From Eledone cirrhosa (Eukaryota): a DNA stretch of 64,000 nucleotides. Both the position numbers and the translations under genes were made by a program. The notes beneath the pieces are model-generated. The model was not told the DNA's origin. It was given only the letters and a program-made list of their open reading frames with translations, and made no database searches. The stretch is taken from positions 362,204,001-362,268,000 of the forward strand of contig OZ024743.1 of NCBI GenBank assembly GCA_964016885.1, given 5' to 3'. This document shows, in pieces, positions 37,181-50,200 of this stretch; position 1 is the first letter of the stretch, and each line of letters begins with the position of its first letter.

Positions 37181-40100
37181 TCCTTTGAGTGTCAGTCATT
37201 GGTGTTATTTAACTGGAAAGTTTGTTGAAATGAATACCAAGCCACTACTTGCAACCTCTGATATTCAGGATGTATCGGAGGGTTCTTGCTGTTCCCAGCA
37301 GGCATGCCTTTTGAAGTGTTCCAAAAAGTGGGGCTGGACTAATCTTCTTTAACCATCCTTGGAAACTCTTTGAGATAGTACCTAGTGCGCCTATGACAAT
37401 CGGGACGACCTCGGCAGTTCCAAATCCTTTTTAACTCCCACTTTAAATCCTGGTATCAGTTAATTTTCTCCCTCTCCTTTTCTTGCACTCTCGTGTCAAA
37501 TGAGCAGGCTACATCTACAATCAGGCACGATCTTTTTTCCTTGTCCAAAACCACCAGGTCAGGTCTATTGTGTTCCAGTTTCTTGTCCGTCTGTATCCTA
37601 AAATCCCACAGCACCTTCACCTGATCGTTTTCTATCACCGACTCTGGCTTAAGCTCATACCACTTCTCAGAATGTGGTAAATTGTTTATTTTGCATAGGT
37701 GCCAGTGGATCACCCTGCCCATCACACCATGTCTCCAACCTTTATAGTGAGTCTGGGCTAGGTGTTTACACTCGGATACAATAAGCCACAGTCTCCTCTC
37801 TCTCTCTCTCCTCAGATCCTACACAGTGGGCTAGCCTCCTCCTTGTAAATATGGTGTTTCAACCACTTCGTTTTGAGGGATTGCTCTTGCGCAGCCATTA
37901 GCATTCCTTCTGTTGCTTTTTTAAGGTCTCCTCTTTTTAACCAGTTCCATGTCTGTGGTTCTTTAAATTCCGTTTTCTTAAAGAAGGGGCTATGAAGGGA
38001 TTTTTCATGAAGGTTACTCTTCCACCTTATTGTTATTTCCTCCTTGCACATCTCCTGGTCTATTGTCTTCTCCTTCAGTACAATTTTGAGCATTTTCTCC
38101 CTACTGTCAGCCACATATGCTGATAAGACCTCTTCACATTCAGATCTCTTTAAGTAGAGTCTATCGACATCACTCCTCTTGTGTAACATGTTGTAGATAG
38201 TCAATAGCTTCCTAGTCTTCCTATCCATTTCTTTTTGTTCAGCAACATTCTATTTCAGAATTCCCGCACTGTACCTAATAATAAACACAGCTCGGAAATT
38301 TACAGCACTTATGACATTCCTACTATTTAGATGTGATTTTAATACGCTCCTTACTCTCCTTATGTATTCAGATCTTATCAATTCCTTCATTTTATTGTTC
38401 TTGATGTCATCTGCCTCCAGAACACCTAAATATTTGTATCCCTCTTCAGTGTCAATTTCCTTTATCATCTCACCTGTTGGTACCTGGATTCCGTTGCTTC
38501 TGCTCAATTTATCCCTCTTAATCCCTAGGACTCCACACTTATTAACACTAACTTCCATACATATATCATTGCTGAAAATACGGACAGTGTCAACAAGTAC
38601 ATCCAACTCCTTCTCACTCTTCCCGAAGAGTTTAAGATCGTCCATGAAGAGGAGGTGGTTGATGGTAAGCTCTCCTCTTCCCAACTCGTATCCTGCTCTC
38701 ACTTTTCGCAATAAGACGGACAGGGGTATCAGGGCAAGGACAAACAACAAAAGGGACAAACTATCTCCCTGGAAGATACCTCTCTTGATCTTCACGCTTC
38801 CTAAGGATTCTCCAGTTGATGTTAGCTCTGTTTCCCAGGACTTCATACTTTTACTTAACAACTGTCTGATGTTGTTTGCCACATTGAAGATCTCTAGGCT
38901 TTTGGTGATCCAAGAAAGAGGCACCATGTCAAATACCTTGTTGTAGTCTATCCATCCCATGGCAAGACCAGTATGTCTCCTCTTGCAATTCCTCATTACC
39001 ATCTTATCAATAAGTATCTGGTCTTTTGTACCACGGGACTTCTTTCGGCATCCTTTCTGTTCGTCCGGTAACAAGTTGTTTGTGTGGAGGTGGTGGTAGA
39101 TTTCCTCAGACACAATGCTTGTTAACAGTTTCCACATTACGGACAGACATGTGATAGGTCTATAGTTGGTAACATCATTATCCTTGATTCGGTCTTTCAT
39201 TACCAGAACTGTGGTACCTTTTGTCAACCACTCTGGTACTTCACCCGACATCAAGTAGTCATTGGACATGGTTGTCAGTTCTGGGTAGAGGGGTGTTATA
39301 TTTTTAATCCAATACCCTTGCACACCATCTGGGCCTGGTGATTTCCAGTTGGTTAATTTTTTGGTCTGCCCTTTAAGAGTTTCAACTGTGATACTCAAAT
39401 CAGGTTGTTGGTCTGCTTGTTCACTAATCTCCTTTTTAACTGTCTCAATCCACACTGCCTGTCATTATGTTCAACATCCTGCTCCCACATTCCTCTCCAG
39501 AATGTCTTAGACTGTTCAGCCTCAGGGATCACGTTGTTGCCTCATCTTTCCCTTCAAGCTGTTCAAACATCTTCTGGTTGTTGTCAAACATGCGGTTCTG
39601 GCTATACTGACTAACTCTGTTCTCATACCGCCTAATCTTTGCACTTTTTGCTACAATGCGTTGCTTCAGTTCCTCCATGATAACATTTAGCTCTTTTCCC
39701 CTAGTTTTGTATTTTATTTTCAATCTATCTTTAGTGTCTATGTTCACCAGCAGTATTTGGATGACAGCCAGGTCCCTGCTGCTGGGCCAGGGGGCACTTG
39801 CTGGGTGAGAGTCTTTTACATGATGTTCCAGCCTCCCATTCACCGTTATTCTAACTGTTTAGGTTCGATATTTAAACATTCATATCGAGGATTAGTGGAT
39901 TTATGGTTACATCACCACCGGTGTTTTTAGTGTGACACCATCACGTTGTAGACGAAAATAAATAAAAGAAATAAAAAAATAAAAAAATAAAAAAATAAAA
40001 AAATTAAAATATAAAAATAATTTTCGGGCAATTTATGTGACATTTATCTATCATTATTTTTGTGCTGTTTTTAATGTTTTCCTAATGTGAATCCTGTTTA

Positions 40101-41833
40101 TAAGTCATTATTATTATCTTACGGTTATCTTACGGTGGATTGGCAGTATCGGTAGAGTGTCGGACGCCATGCATTGACACATAGATTTACGGCCCTTGCC
40201 ATACTGGGTTCAAATCCCGCCGAGGTTAACTTTGCCTTTCATCCTTACGGGGTCGATAAAATAAAGTACCAGTAATACACTGGGTAATTGCTGGCCTTGT
40301 GCAAAAAGTAGAAACAATTATTATTATCGTACGGAGTTGATAAAACAGAGCCCCAGCAACACACTGGGATAATTGCCGGCCCCGTGACAAAAGCAGAATC
40401 AACCACATCATCATCAGCATCTACAATTTACGGTCTGAGCACACATCCTGCCGAGGTCAATCGCTGGCTCTGTGCCAGAAGCAGATACAATTATTATTAT
40501 CATCAGCATCTGCCATTTATGGTCCTTGCACAAATCCCGCCGAGGTCAACACCGCTCCTCGCTCTACGGGGTCAACAAGACAGAGCACCAGCAATCCACC
40601 GGGCCAATCACCGGCCCTGCTCCAAAAGCAGAAACAATCATTATCATCAGCATCACCACCTCCAACATCAACAAATCATTATCATTATCATTTTCATTTT
40701 TCAATGGTAGTAGTGGTAGTGGCGGTGGTGGTGGGGTGGGTGGGTGTCATTGTAATGTTTGAATGTCTAACTTAGATTTCTCCTTTTTTGTTTTTCAAGG
40801 CCAGTAACATTGGTTACTATTGTTGTTGTTGCTGTTGCTGCTGTTTTTTTTATTTTAGCTACGCTAAGCTAGTAGTCATAGCAACGAGGAAGGTAAGGGC
40901 TGTTGCGTTCAAAACTTTTGAATTTTGTTTTTCTTTTGATGTTGCGTTTGTTTTTGTCTGTGTTCTGTTCTGTAATTGTTCGATTTGTTACTTATAATTA
41001 TTATGCAAGTTGATGCATAGAGTTACGGCCCTTGCCATTCTGAGTTCAAATCCCGCCGAGGTTAACTTTGCCTTTCATCCTTACGGGGTCGATAAAATAA
41101 AATACCAGTAATACACTAGGTTATTGCTGGCGTTGTGCCAAATGTAGAAACAATTATTAGGCAAGTTGACGTCATTTAAACTAAACATTTTGAGAGAACT
41201 TAGAGATACGACAATAATTATTATTATTATTGTGTTGTTGTTGGCTATGCCGGTGGTGCTGGGGCTTTTTCCGGAGGGAGGATGGGGAGTTCTATTGTTG
41301 GTGGGGGGACTTCAGTGCAACCGTTGTTCATGTGGGGATGTTCAAAATTTTCTTTTGACCGAGTCACTAAATCAGTCTATTTATATTTGTTGGTAGCTTC
41401 CTCCTTTCTAGCCTTGTGTAGTGGTACTACTACCTTCCCTCTCCTTAACAGGAGGTAGTGAGGGAATAGTAGTGGTAGCAATGATGGAGTGGTGAGGGTG
41501 GTGATGGGGTAGTGGTACTGTAGTGATGGTGTTGTTGTCGCTGTTGGTTTGTCTCTAGCTAAATTATGTGGTAGTCGTGGTGAAATTATTTGGCTGTTGT
41601 ATTTAGTGTACACAGAGGGGTTTTCTTCCATTTGTAACCATTTTATTTTTTTAATATAACATTTCTAATACAAAATTAAATATTTGAGCCATATGCCAGG
41701 ATGCTATGGGAACTCATTTCCTGAGAGTTAAGGCTGGTGCCTTATGTCCCATTTGTAATAAGAATTATTCTATCACAATTGTTTTAAATATGTAAAAAAT
41801 CAAAAACTTACGGAAGCGATTCCATAAACTTCC
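37181..41833 (-). mobile_element. Older R4/Dong-clade LINE (copy 3): frameshifts, internal deletion, SINE insertions in the leader
   Basis: ORF pieces 37456-39843 are homologous to 1808-5200. The junction at ~39747 deletes the equivalent of ~4350-5110. Leader blocks at 40748 and 41600-41833 match 5401 and 6260-6616. Confidence 0.88.
40135..41158 (+). mobile_element. SINE cluster: intact 40135-40326, hypermutated partial copies 40330-40685, partial 41013-41158
   Basis: Family core and tail motifs. Confidence 0.82.
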
Positions 41834-42708
41834 TTATTATTTTCTTTATCATCATCATCATCATCATCATTATTATTATTATTAAAACTTTGTTTCTTAA
41901 TTATACTGATCATGGTGTAATACCAACACATCGGCAATCGAACCCACTTAGGCATCGAGTGCTCAAATGTCTGAACCGTGTAACGTAATTAGTACCATTA
42001 CGTTACACACCGACAAACTATATTTATATGCCCACTGGATCAACAATGCAGCACCCCAACGATAATATGCGAAACTAAAGGTTTTCAACGGGGGGGGGGG
42101 CAGGCAAGGGGCGTTAGGGGCGTTTGAAGCTTTGGTGGGCGCTGGAAGGCTATTTACTTAGGTAAGTTTTATAAGCCATATTTGTACGTCTCTGAGACAG
42201 CCAGTGTGAATGCATTTGAATGAAGAAAACGAAGAAAATAAATAAAAGAAGCTTGTCAACGAATTCCCTAGGGAGATAAAAGAAAAATGAAAGAAATCAA
42301 AGAAAACGAAAATAAGGACAACTTCAACTTTTACAACAGTTACAAGAACAACAGAAACGACAACAAAAAGAAGCAATGGTGATGAAAGGTGTGGGTGTAT
42401 ACATATACATACATACAATCATACACACACATGCATACGCACATATATACATACACATATATACACATATAGGCCGACGTTGGCGTTTGATGAGGTTAAG
42501 AACCTGGTCAGCTTTCAGCCAGAGCTGCGGTATTTAATCTCCCTAGGTAATAAAATCTGGAGAAAAATGTTCTCCTTACCAAAAAAACAACCATATGTCA
42601 ACATCCTTACACACTTAAATATAAATGCCTGTATATATACAAATGTATAAATGCATAGCTATATACATAGGTAAATGTATGTATGTATATATGTATGTAT
42701 GTATGTAG

Positions 42709-42748
<40 letters not shown>

Positions 42749-42965
42749 CACACATATATATATATATTTTTTTCTTTTTTCAGTCTGGTCTACCTCTGGA
42801 AAGAACTCAATGTAATCTTGTAAAATCCATAGAGAAGTTCTGTGTTTCGCTGAATTAATTCTTTAGATACAGAGTCAGATATTAGGAATTAAATTAACAA
42901 TAAAAATAAAAACAACAAAATAAAAATAAAGTTAACTTGACTTTGTTCTTTTTTACATACACACT

Positions 42966-43051
<86 letters not shown>

Positions 43052-43056
<5 letters not shown>

Positions 43057-43282
43057 AGTGTGACAAGAAGCTTGCTTCCCAACCACATGTTTCCGGGTTC
43101 AGTCCTGAAACTAAAAGACCGAAACTAAAAGAAGCGCGTCGTATATATGTATATATGTCTGTGTGTGTCTTTGCGTTTGTGTTTGCGCTCCCACCAATGC
43201 TTGTTGGTTTGTTGACGTCGCCATAACTTACCAAGGTGATGCTCCAGCATGGGCGTAGTCCAGAGACAGAAAAAAAGTAAAG
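43052..43282 (+). mobile_element. Fragmented second tRNA-derived SINE family
   Basis: AAGAAGCTTGCTTCCCAACCACATG..GGGTTCAGTCC (B-box-like) head; recalled as a common octopus SINE, not verified. Confidence 0.55.
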
Positions 43283-44707
43283 TGTATATCTGTTAGAACA
43301 CGAAAAGTGTGAAACAACAGAATGTTCACTTTTCGTGTTCTAACATATATGCCTAGCTTCTTTAAAAATTTTTCGGGGATAGCCGTGGTGGTGGTGATCG
43401 TATGTCATTGGCTAATTTTCAACCAATCAGAGTACCTCTCTCTATATCTCTTCCACTGTTACTTACGCCTGTTTCTCTCTATCTGTTCCGTCTCTATATA
43501 TATCTCTTACTCTTTCGCTTTGCACTCCTCCCCTTCAATACCATCTCTCCCCCTCTCTATATATTTGTTACTCTATCGCTGCACGCTCCTCTCCTTCAAT
43601 ATATCAATTACACACGCTTTACACTCCTTTATCCCCAGCGCCCCTATATATACACCCCCCCTCTCCCGCATCTATATTTTAATGTACCGTTGCACCGTGA
43701 ATATATGTGTCTATATATATATACATATATATTGTATATACACATTCATGTATGTGTATACACACTCATGTATGTATATACACTGGTTTTATGTGTGTAT
43801 TGTAAATTTGTACTGTTAAAACACGAAACTAACATTCGATTGACACTTTGATTACCTGTACAGGCAATAGTTATTAGAATGCTGTTGAAGTGTGTATATA
43901 TTTTTGGGGGACATCCTGTATATACACACATTATATATAATACAATAAACAGATAAATACACACATATATATATGAGCTTATTTAATTATAAATATTGTG
44001 AATTTTTAACTCAGTTCAATTATATATATAAATGGCTTCTACAGGACTAGAACTGTTTCATTCGAAAGAAATCATCATAATATTGAGAGGTTGGACTAGA
44101 TAAAATATTTCAAATCAAATGTGTATAAGTTATAAGTTAAAATGTATAAATAGAGACGATAGTGGAGGTATATCTGTTTAGTGGAACAGTAGACGATAGA
44201 ATTAAATACAGACGAGAATCTCCCTTTAATGAAACAGCAGACGATAGAATTAAGGCAATTTAAATTTTAAGCATTTGCATTTTTGCCTTTCATCGTTACG
44301 GGGTCGATAAAATAAAGTACCAGTAATACACTGTCACTAGACGACTTTCAAATTGAATTGTTGGTTCCATTTCTTTAGTATTTTCAATTGTAGTTATCTA
44401 CTTAAAAAGCGTTACACGGTTAGAGACATAATTCGTAAGTTATATCTTCCCTATTAAACCATTGCATTATTTCGCCTACAATAGAACAAAAATAAAATGT
44501 TCTTTAAAGAAACAGGAATATAACTTTATAAAAAAAAAGTTGCATCCGCTTCTTTTATCATTGATAATTTTTTCGTTTTAATATTAATTGTTTTTTGTAG
44601 TTGTTTATATTAAAAATCTTACTGTAATATTTACTTAAACGAAGGCAAACATCTAAACTTATAGATTAATCTTGAGCGAAGGACTAGATAAATCTCTCTC
44701 TCTCTCC

Positions 44708-44744
<37 letters not shown>

Positions 44745-45139
44745 AACGAAGAATGATAAAATTTCAAGCAAAGAGTTTAATTAGGTATATTTTGTAATAT
44801 TATTAACTAATTATTATAATTAACGCGCATATTTTGCTATCCTCAAACACGTTTACACATGGCATGAAATATAACTAATCCGAGATGGCTAGGTTTCATC
44901 TTCTAACTGGATATACGAAATCCATTATGTCTTGACAACAACATGAGGTAACATTATGTTATTCACAGACACACTTTGTACACTGTTCCATATCAGAATG
45001 TATTTCCTTCGTCACATTCACAAACAGTATTGAAAATATGTTCTTCGGCAAATAAAAATGTTTTGTTCATAATATTTCAACTAGCGATTGCTCTACTCCA
45101 CGCACGACCACCATAAATTAATGACCAGCTCAACACAAG

Positions 45140-45310
45140 TATTGGTAGAGCGTCAGACACCATGCTTTGCAGTATTGTTATGGTCCTTTGCATTCTAAGT
45201 TCAAATCCTGCCGAGGTTAACTTCGACTTTCATACTTACTAATTCGATAAAATAAAGTACCAGTAATGGACTGCCGTAATGGATTTGTGCCGAAAAATAG
45301 AAACACTATT
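45140..45310 (+). mobile_element. Diverged Nin/Deu-core SINE
   Basis: GTTCAAATCCTGCCGAGGTTAAC..GATAAAATAAAGTACCAGTAATG. Confidence 0.78.
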
Positions 45311-45861
45311 AATGTGCAATAAGAGCAAAATATAACGACATTGCTCAATTATTTTATCTAATGTTGTAATAACACAAGGAAATGTTGTTTGTGTATTTTT
45401 TTTTATATTTGCTCATAGGCTTTTACAATTTCGCTCAGCCAACAACTATTAAAAAGTGAGTTGCTTAAGATAACAATTTAATCACAAATTGTTGCTATCT
45501 TTTAATACACTCCAACAAGTCATCAAATTATGTACAATAAAAACAAATCTTATTAATTTGCTCAGGGAATATAAAGAAAATGTATATACACTGATAATTG
45601 CAATTGTATGTAAATATTTTGTTTTTGTATTGTATATTTTATGTTTTCTATTATGTATAATATATTGATTTAATATTGATTGTTTTTTGTAGTTGTTTAT
45701 ATTAAAAGTCTGAAAATATTTTTATACATCTTACACTAATATTTATAAGATAATTTATAATAACAATTACATAATCTAATTACATTACAACGATAATTTA
45801 TTATTAATATATATCCTGTTTAACTAGAGTTATTACAAGCGTTGCCTTAAAAAAATATTAA

Positions 45862-46818
45862 ACTAGACATGAAAAATGCGCAAGCTCAAAAGTGCCACAG
45901 AATGTTATAATAAACCTTCAAAAGTGTGGGACTAGAGTTGTTGCTAAAAAATATTGTAATCATTATATATCGTACATTCTGTGGCATCCTTTATAAAAAT
46001 AGCTTAAACCAACGAAGCCTTTATTTTTACGCTATTTCACTTAGTTAATTCTTAGAGTGTAACATATAAAAATAAATACATCTATGTTTAATGTAATAAC
46101 AGCTATAAATAATTACGTAATATTATTATCATATACTCATAGTAACAAAATAATTGTGTTGAAACTTAATATGATGCTTATATGAACGATCAAATCTATA
46201 ATGATAATTTCTTAAATATACTAATAGTAAAATAATTTAGTTATCTATTGTTACATTTTCATAGAACTATAATATTAACAATCGTATTGCATTATCAAAT
46301 TTTTATCACTACAAACTTTCATATTGGAATTACCTTAAGCCACTTATTATTACTTCGCTTTCGTACTTTTACAGCTGTAGATATTGCGCTGTATCTTATA
46401 TCTAATATCAATATCTCGTGGTAATTTGCATGAAGTGTAAAATAGGTTTATTAATAACTTTAATATGAAATGTATTATACAGGGCTGCGGAGTCGGCCAA
46501 AAATTGACTGGCTCCAACTCAGGATCCGATACTCCATTATTTCCTAAATTTCAGCTCCGCAGCTCTGTTATTATATTAATTAATTTATTTTATAGTTGTA
46601 AATCATATTTTTATATGTTACACTCTAAGAATTAACTAAGTGAAATAGCGTAAAAATAAAGGCTGCGTTGGTTTAAGCTATTTTTATAAAGGATGCCACA
46701 GAATGTACGATATATAATGATTACAATATTTTTTAGCAACAACTCTAGTCCCACACTTTTGAAGGTTTATTATAACATTCTGTGGCACTTTTGAGCTTGC
46801 GCATTTTTCATGTCTAGT
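45862..46818. mobile_element. Foldback/MITE-like element with ~212-bp near-perfect terminal inverted repeats
   Basis: 45862-46073 is the reverse complement of 46607-46818 (one mismatch seen); AT-rich non-coding interior. Confidence 0.88.
46480..46567. mobile_element. 88-bp hAT-type MITE nested in the foldback element
   Basis: TIRs CAGGGCTGCGGAG / CTCCGCAGCTCTG; 8-bp TSD GTATTATA / TTATTATA. Confidence 0.7.
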
Positions 46819-46837
46819 ATATATATGTGTGTAGAAG

Positions 46838-47209
46838 AGGGGGGTCTCAATCTGAAGGACATAAAAGGGCCATTACGTCCTGGAGTTGAGGCACAGTGAG
46901 CCACACGTGGTGGCGAATGATGATTTTCACCAGTTATAATCATTTCTAATATAGGCACAAGGCATGAAATTTAGGGTTTAGGGTCCCGTCGATTACATCG
47001 ATCCCAGTTCACAACGGGTACTTAATTTATCGACCCCAAAAGGAATTTGAACTGGGAACGTAAAAAGTACCGCTAAGCATTTCGCCAGATGTGCTAATGA
47101 TTCCACCAGCTCACCGCCTTATTTTCAGCAGTTATAATGGAATCTGAAATATTGGTTCTACTACGGGCCATAAAAAAGTAGTTCACGGGCCGCATGTTTG
47201 AGCCCCCTG
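46838..47209. mobile_element. hAT-like MITE interrupted by a minus-strand SINE (46940-47120)
   Basis: Ends AGGGGGGTCTCAA / TTGAGCCCCCTG; the SINE is flanked by the direct repeat ATTTTCA(C/G)CAGTTATAAT. Confidence 0.6.
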
Positions 47210-47238
47210 CTGGAGAGATAGATAGATAGATAGATAGA

Positions 47239-50200
47239 TTTCTTTATTTACCATAAAGGCATAAAAAGAAGGGACAAATACAAAGGGGGAGTTTACATAA
47301 AACCGAGTAAAAAGGGTATAAAATGAAAATAATCAAAAACAACCTCAAAAGGGAGGGGACGTGATGGGGGTTGCACACACACCCGAAAAAGTGTGCAATC
47401 CTTTTCCCGGGGAGCACATGGAGAAGGTGCTCCCCTCTCCTTCACTTCTTTACCTACAGGATGGTATACAGAGAAGGCCCATTTACACGAGCCATTCTCG
47501 CCACTATCACCCACCTTTCATAGAACTGCCTGTGGCTAAGCACCTCTCTCTCCATTCTTATCCTTCTTCCGAAGTGATATCGGAAGAAGTAGACCAGACT
47601 ATGGCCAGAGAGGAAGTTGCCTGACCTCAGACCTTTCAATCGTGTCCACCAAACAACCTCTTTCAACATGGCTATTACGCAGAGAAAAACCGCCTTTGCT
47701 TCCTTTGTGAAGAGGGGAGTCGGCTTGATTGTTATCACGGACTCGGCGGTCAATCGAATCGGCGCCATCCGCGACAGCAGTCGTTCGGCGTAGCCCCACA
47801 GATCATCCACGCCCGGACAGTGCACCAATGCGTGCGCAACGGTTTCTTTGTGACGCACGCATCTAGGGCAAATCTTTTCGAGGGATCCCTGCCCGGCCGC
47901 CCGTGACTGTAGAGCTTTTCTCGAACGGGTAGAGCCCCCCGGTAGCACTGCCAGGCCAGTGACTTCTGGAAGTTGTCCATTGGTCCCGGGCCGAAAGTCC
48001 TACCGAACAGGCTGGCCAGTTCGTCCTCTTCCATGTCCAGCGACTCTCCAAGGGTGTCATCGCCCCTGCTAGCCACCAGCCCTCTATAGAATGACGAGGT
48101 GGATTCTCCACCGATGGCCGGGTCCGCTTGCCAGAGAGCCCTGGGCGCCTGGGCACACTCAGTGTGCCAGTCGCCCAGTTTTCCGCATCTTTGCTTGACC
48201 CAGGACTGCAGTTCGGTGAGCGAGACGAGTCTCGGAAAGGCTCGTCTCACGAACGGAGCCCACACCGCTTGACCAGTGAGGAATACCTGTAGGTGCCGTA
48301 GCCTTAATGCGTGCCTACGCATCATCAACCACGGCATCCCCAGCCCTCCTTTCGAAGGTTGTTGGCAGCAGATGGATCTTCTCACCATAGGAGGGCGCTT
48401 CTTCCAAAGAAATTGAAAGAGCATGCGTTCCATGGTGGTGAGTGTTTCCTTAGGGCAAGGCACGACAGTCAGGCGGTAGTAGGTGACGGACGCTATGTAA
48501 ATGTTCGCCACCTCCGCCCGACCTTTCAGGGACAGCTTACACTTGGCCCATTTCTGGGTCAGTGCAAACACCTTGCTCGTAACCTCGCCCCAGTTCTTTT
48601 CCACCTGGAGGTCCGGCCCAAACCAGACCCCAAGCAACTTCACCGGGCCCTCCGTCCAGTGTCCGTGGACACCGTCGGGAGCCATCGGTCTGCCTCACCA
48701 TGTTCCGAGTTGCAGCCCGATGGATTTTTCCCGGTTCAGTTTCGCTCCTGACAACCTTTCATATTCTTCCAGTAAGGTACCGATCGCCTCGATCTCCGAG
48801 TCGGTCGATACCATTACTGTTACGTCATCGGCGTAGACCGACACCGCTTTGCTCAATCCTGGTTCCAGGGGGATACCCTGCAACAACTCCAACTTCCTCA
48901 GTAAAGGCTCGAGAGTTAATACGTACAGAAGGGAGGAGAGAGGGCACCCCTGTCGAATGGATCGTGTGATTTTGAACGGCTTCGAAAGGTAGCCGTTCAT
49001 CTTGATCCTAGAACAGATGTGGTTGCTATGTAAGGCAGTGATCCAGCCTCTGAAAACAGGACCGAACCCAGCCGCTGCTAGCACCGCATCCAGGTAACCA
49101 TGGTTGACCCTATCGAACGCCTTAGACTGATCCAAGTTAATCAGGGCCCCACCGAAGCCGGGTTTGTTGCCAACCCTCTCTATGATGTGTCGCATGAGGT
49201 GGAGGTTGTCGTGAATGGACCTGGATGGGATAGCACATGTCTGCGCATCTCCCACCAGGCTACCCACGACAAGCGCCAACCTCATTGCTAACACCTTGGC
49301 CAAAATCTTTAACTCTGTGTTTAGCAGGGTTATGGGCCGAAAATTATTTATACTATCCCCCTTGTTCTCGTCCTTCCTCACCAGCGAGACTACGCCCTTG
49401 GCTACAGAACAAGGAATTCTCCCGTTCTGCTGCCAATTGCAGTAGACTGCTTCGAGGAGTTCGGAAAAGAAGACCGGCATTGCTAAATAAAGTTCGTAAG
49501 GTATACCATCGAGACCTGGAGATTTGCGTCTGCTGCATTGGCTCAGCGCATCCCCGATCTCATCAGCCGAGATTGGTCCCTCACAGGACTCTTCGTTTGA
49601 GAGACGCGGCAGGCCGTGGAGGTATGGACCGAAATCCACGTCCCCGCCCGGACCCTCGCCTCCCCCGAACAATCGGGCAAAGTGCCTTTGAAAGGCCTCG
49701 CACATCTGCTTAGGCTCCCGGATCACCCGTCCATCCTCGTCTTGCAAAGACCGGATGGTGGATCGATTTCCCCTCTTAGCTTCTGTCACGCGGGCCCAGC
49801 CAACGGCTTTGGCCCCCTCATTACCTAGAGCACGTATTTTACTTCGAATGACAGACCTTCGTGCTTTGCATTGAAAAACTGGCTCAAGGCCGTCCTCGAT
49901 TCCAGCACTCTGGTCACATCTTCGCTCTTGATTGCCTCTTCTAATTTACCTGTTAATTCTTTCTCGTTCCTATTCCTATCGGCAGCTAACATCTTGCTAT
50001 AACTTATTGATTCTGTTCTAATCTCTCTTTTGAGAGATGCCCACCATCGGTTGTTAACGATTGCACCCGTCAACCTCTCCTTAACTAATCTGCTAATCCG
50101 GTCTCTGTAAGCCTCTTTTGCCGGTAAAGACAAATTAAGTTTCCAGTAACCGGGACCCTGTCTATGTGTTCTCTCGAGGTTGACTACGCAGGTCACTAAT

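Noticed and set aside
29000-44100. Further hammerhead-like remnants near 29005-29048, 42865-42890 and 44040-44095
   Set aside because: The catalytic core has substitutions or stems are missing; too decayed to call.
44960-45060. EGF-like remnant on the minus strand (VCECDEG)
   Set aside because: Too short and interrupted by a stop.
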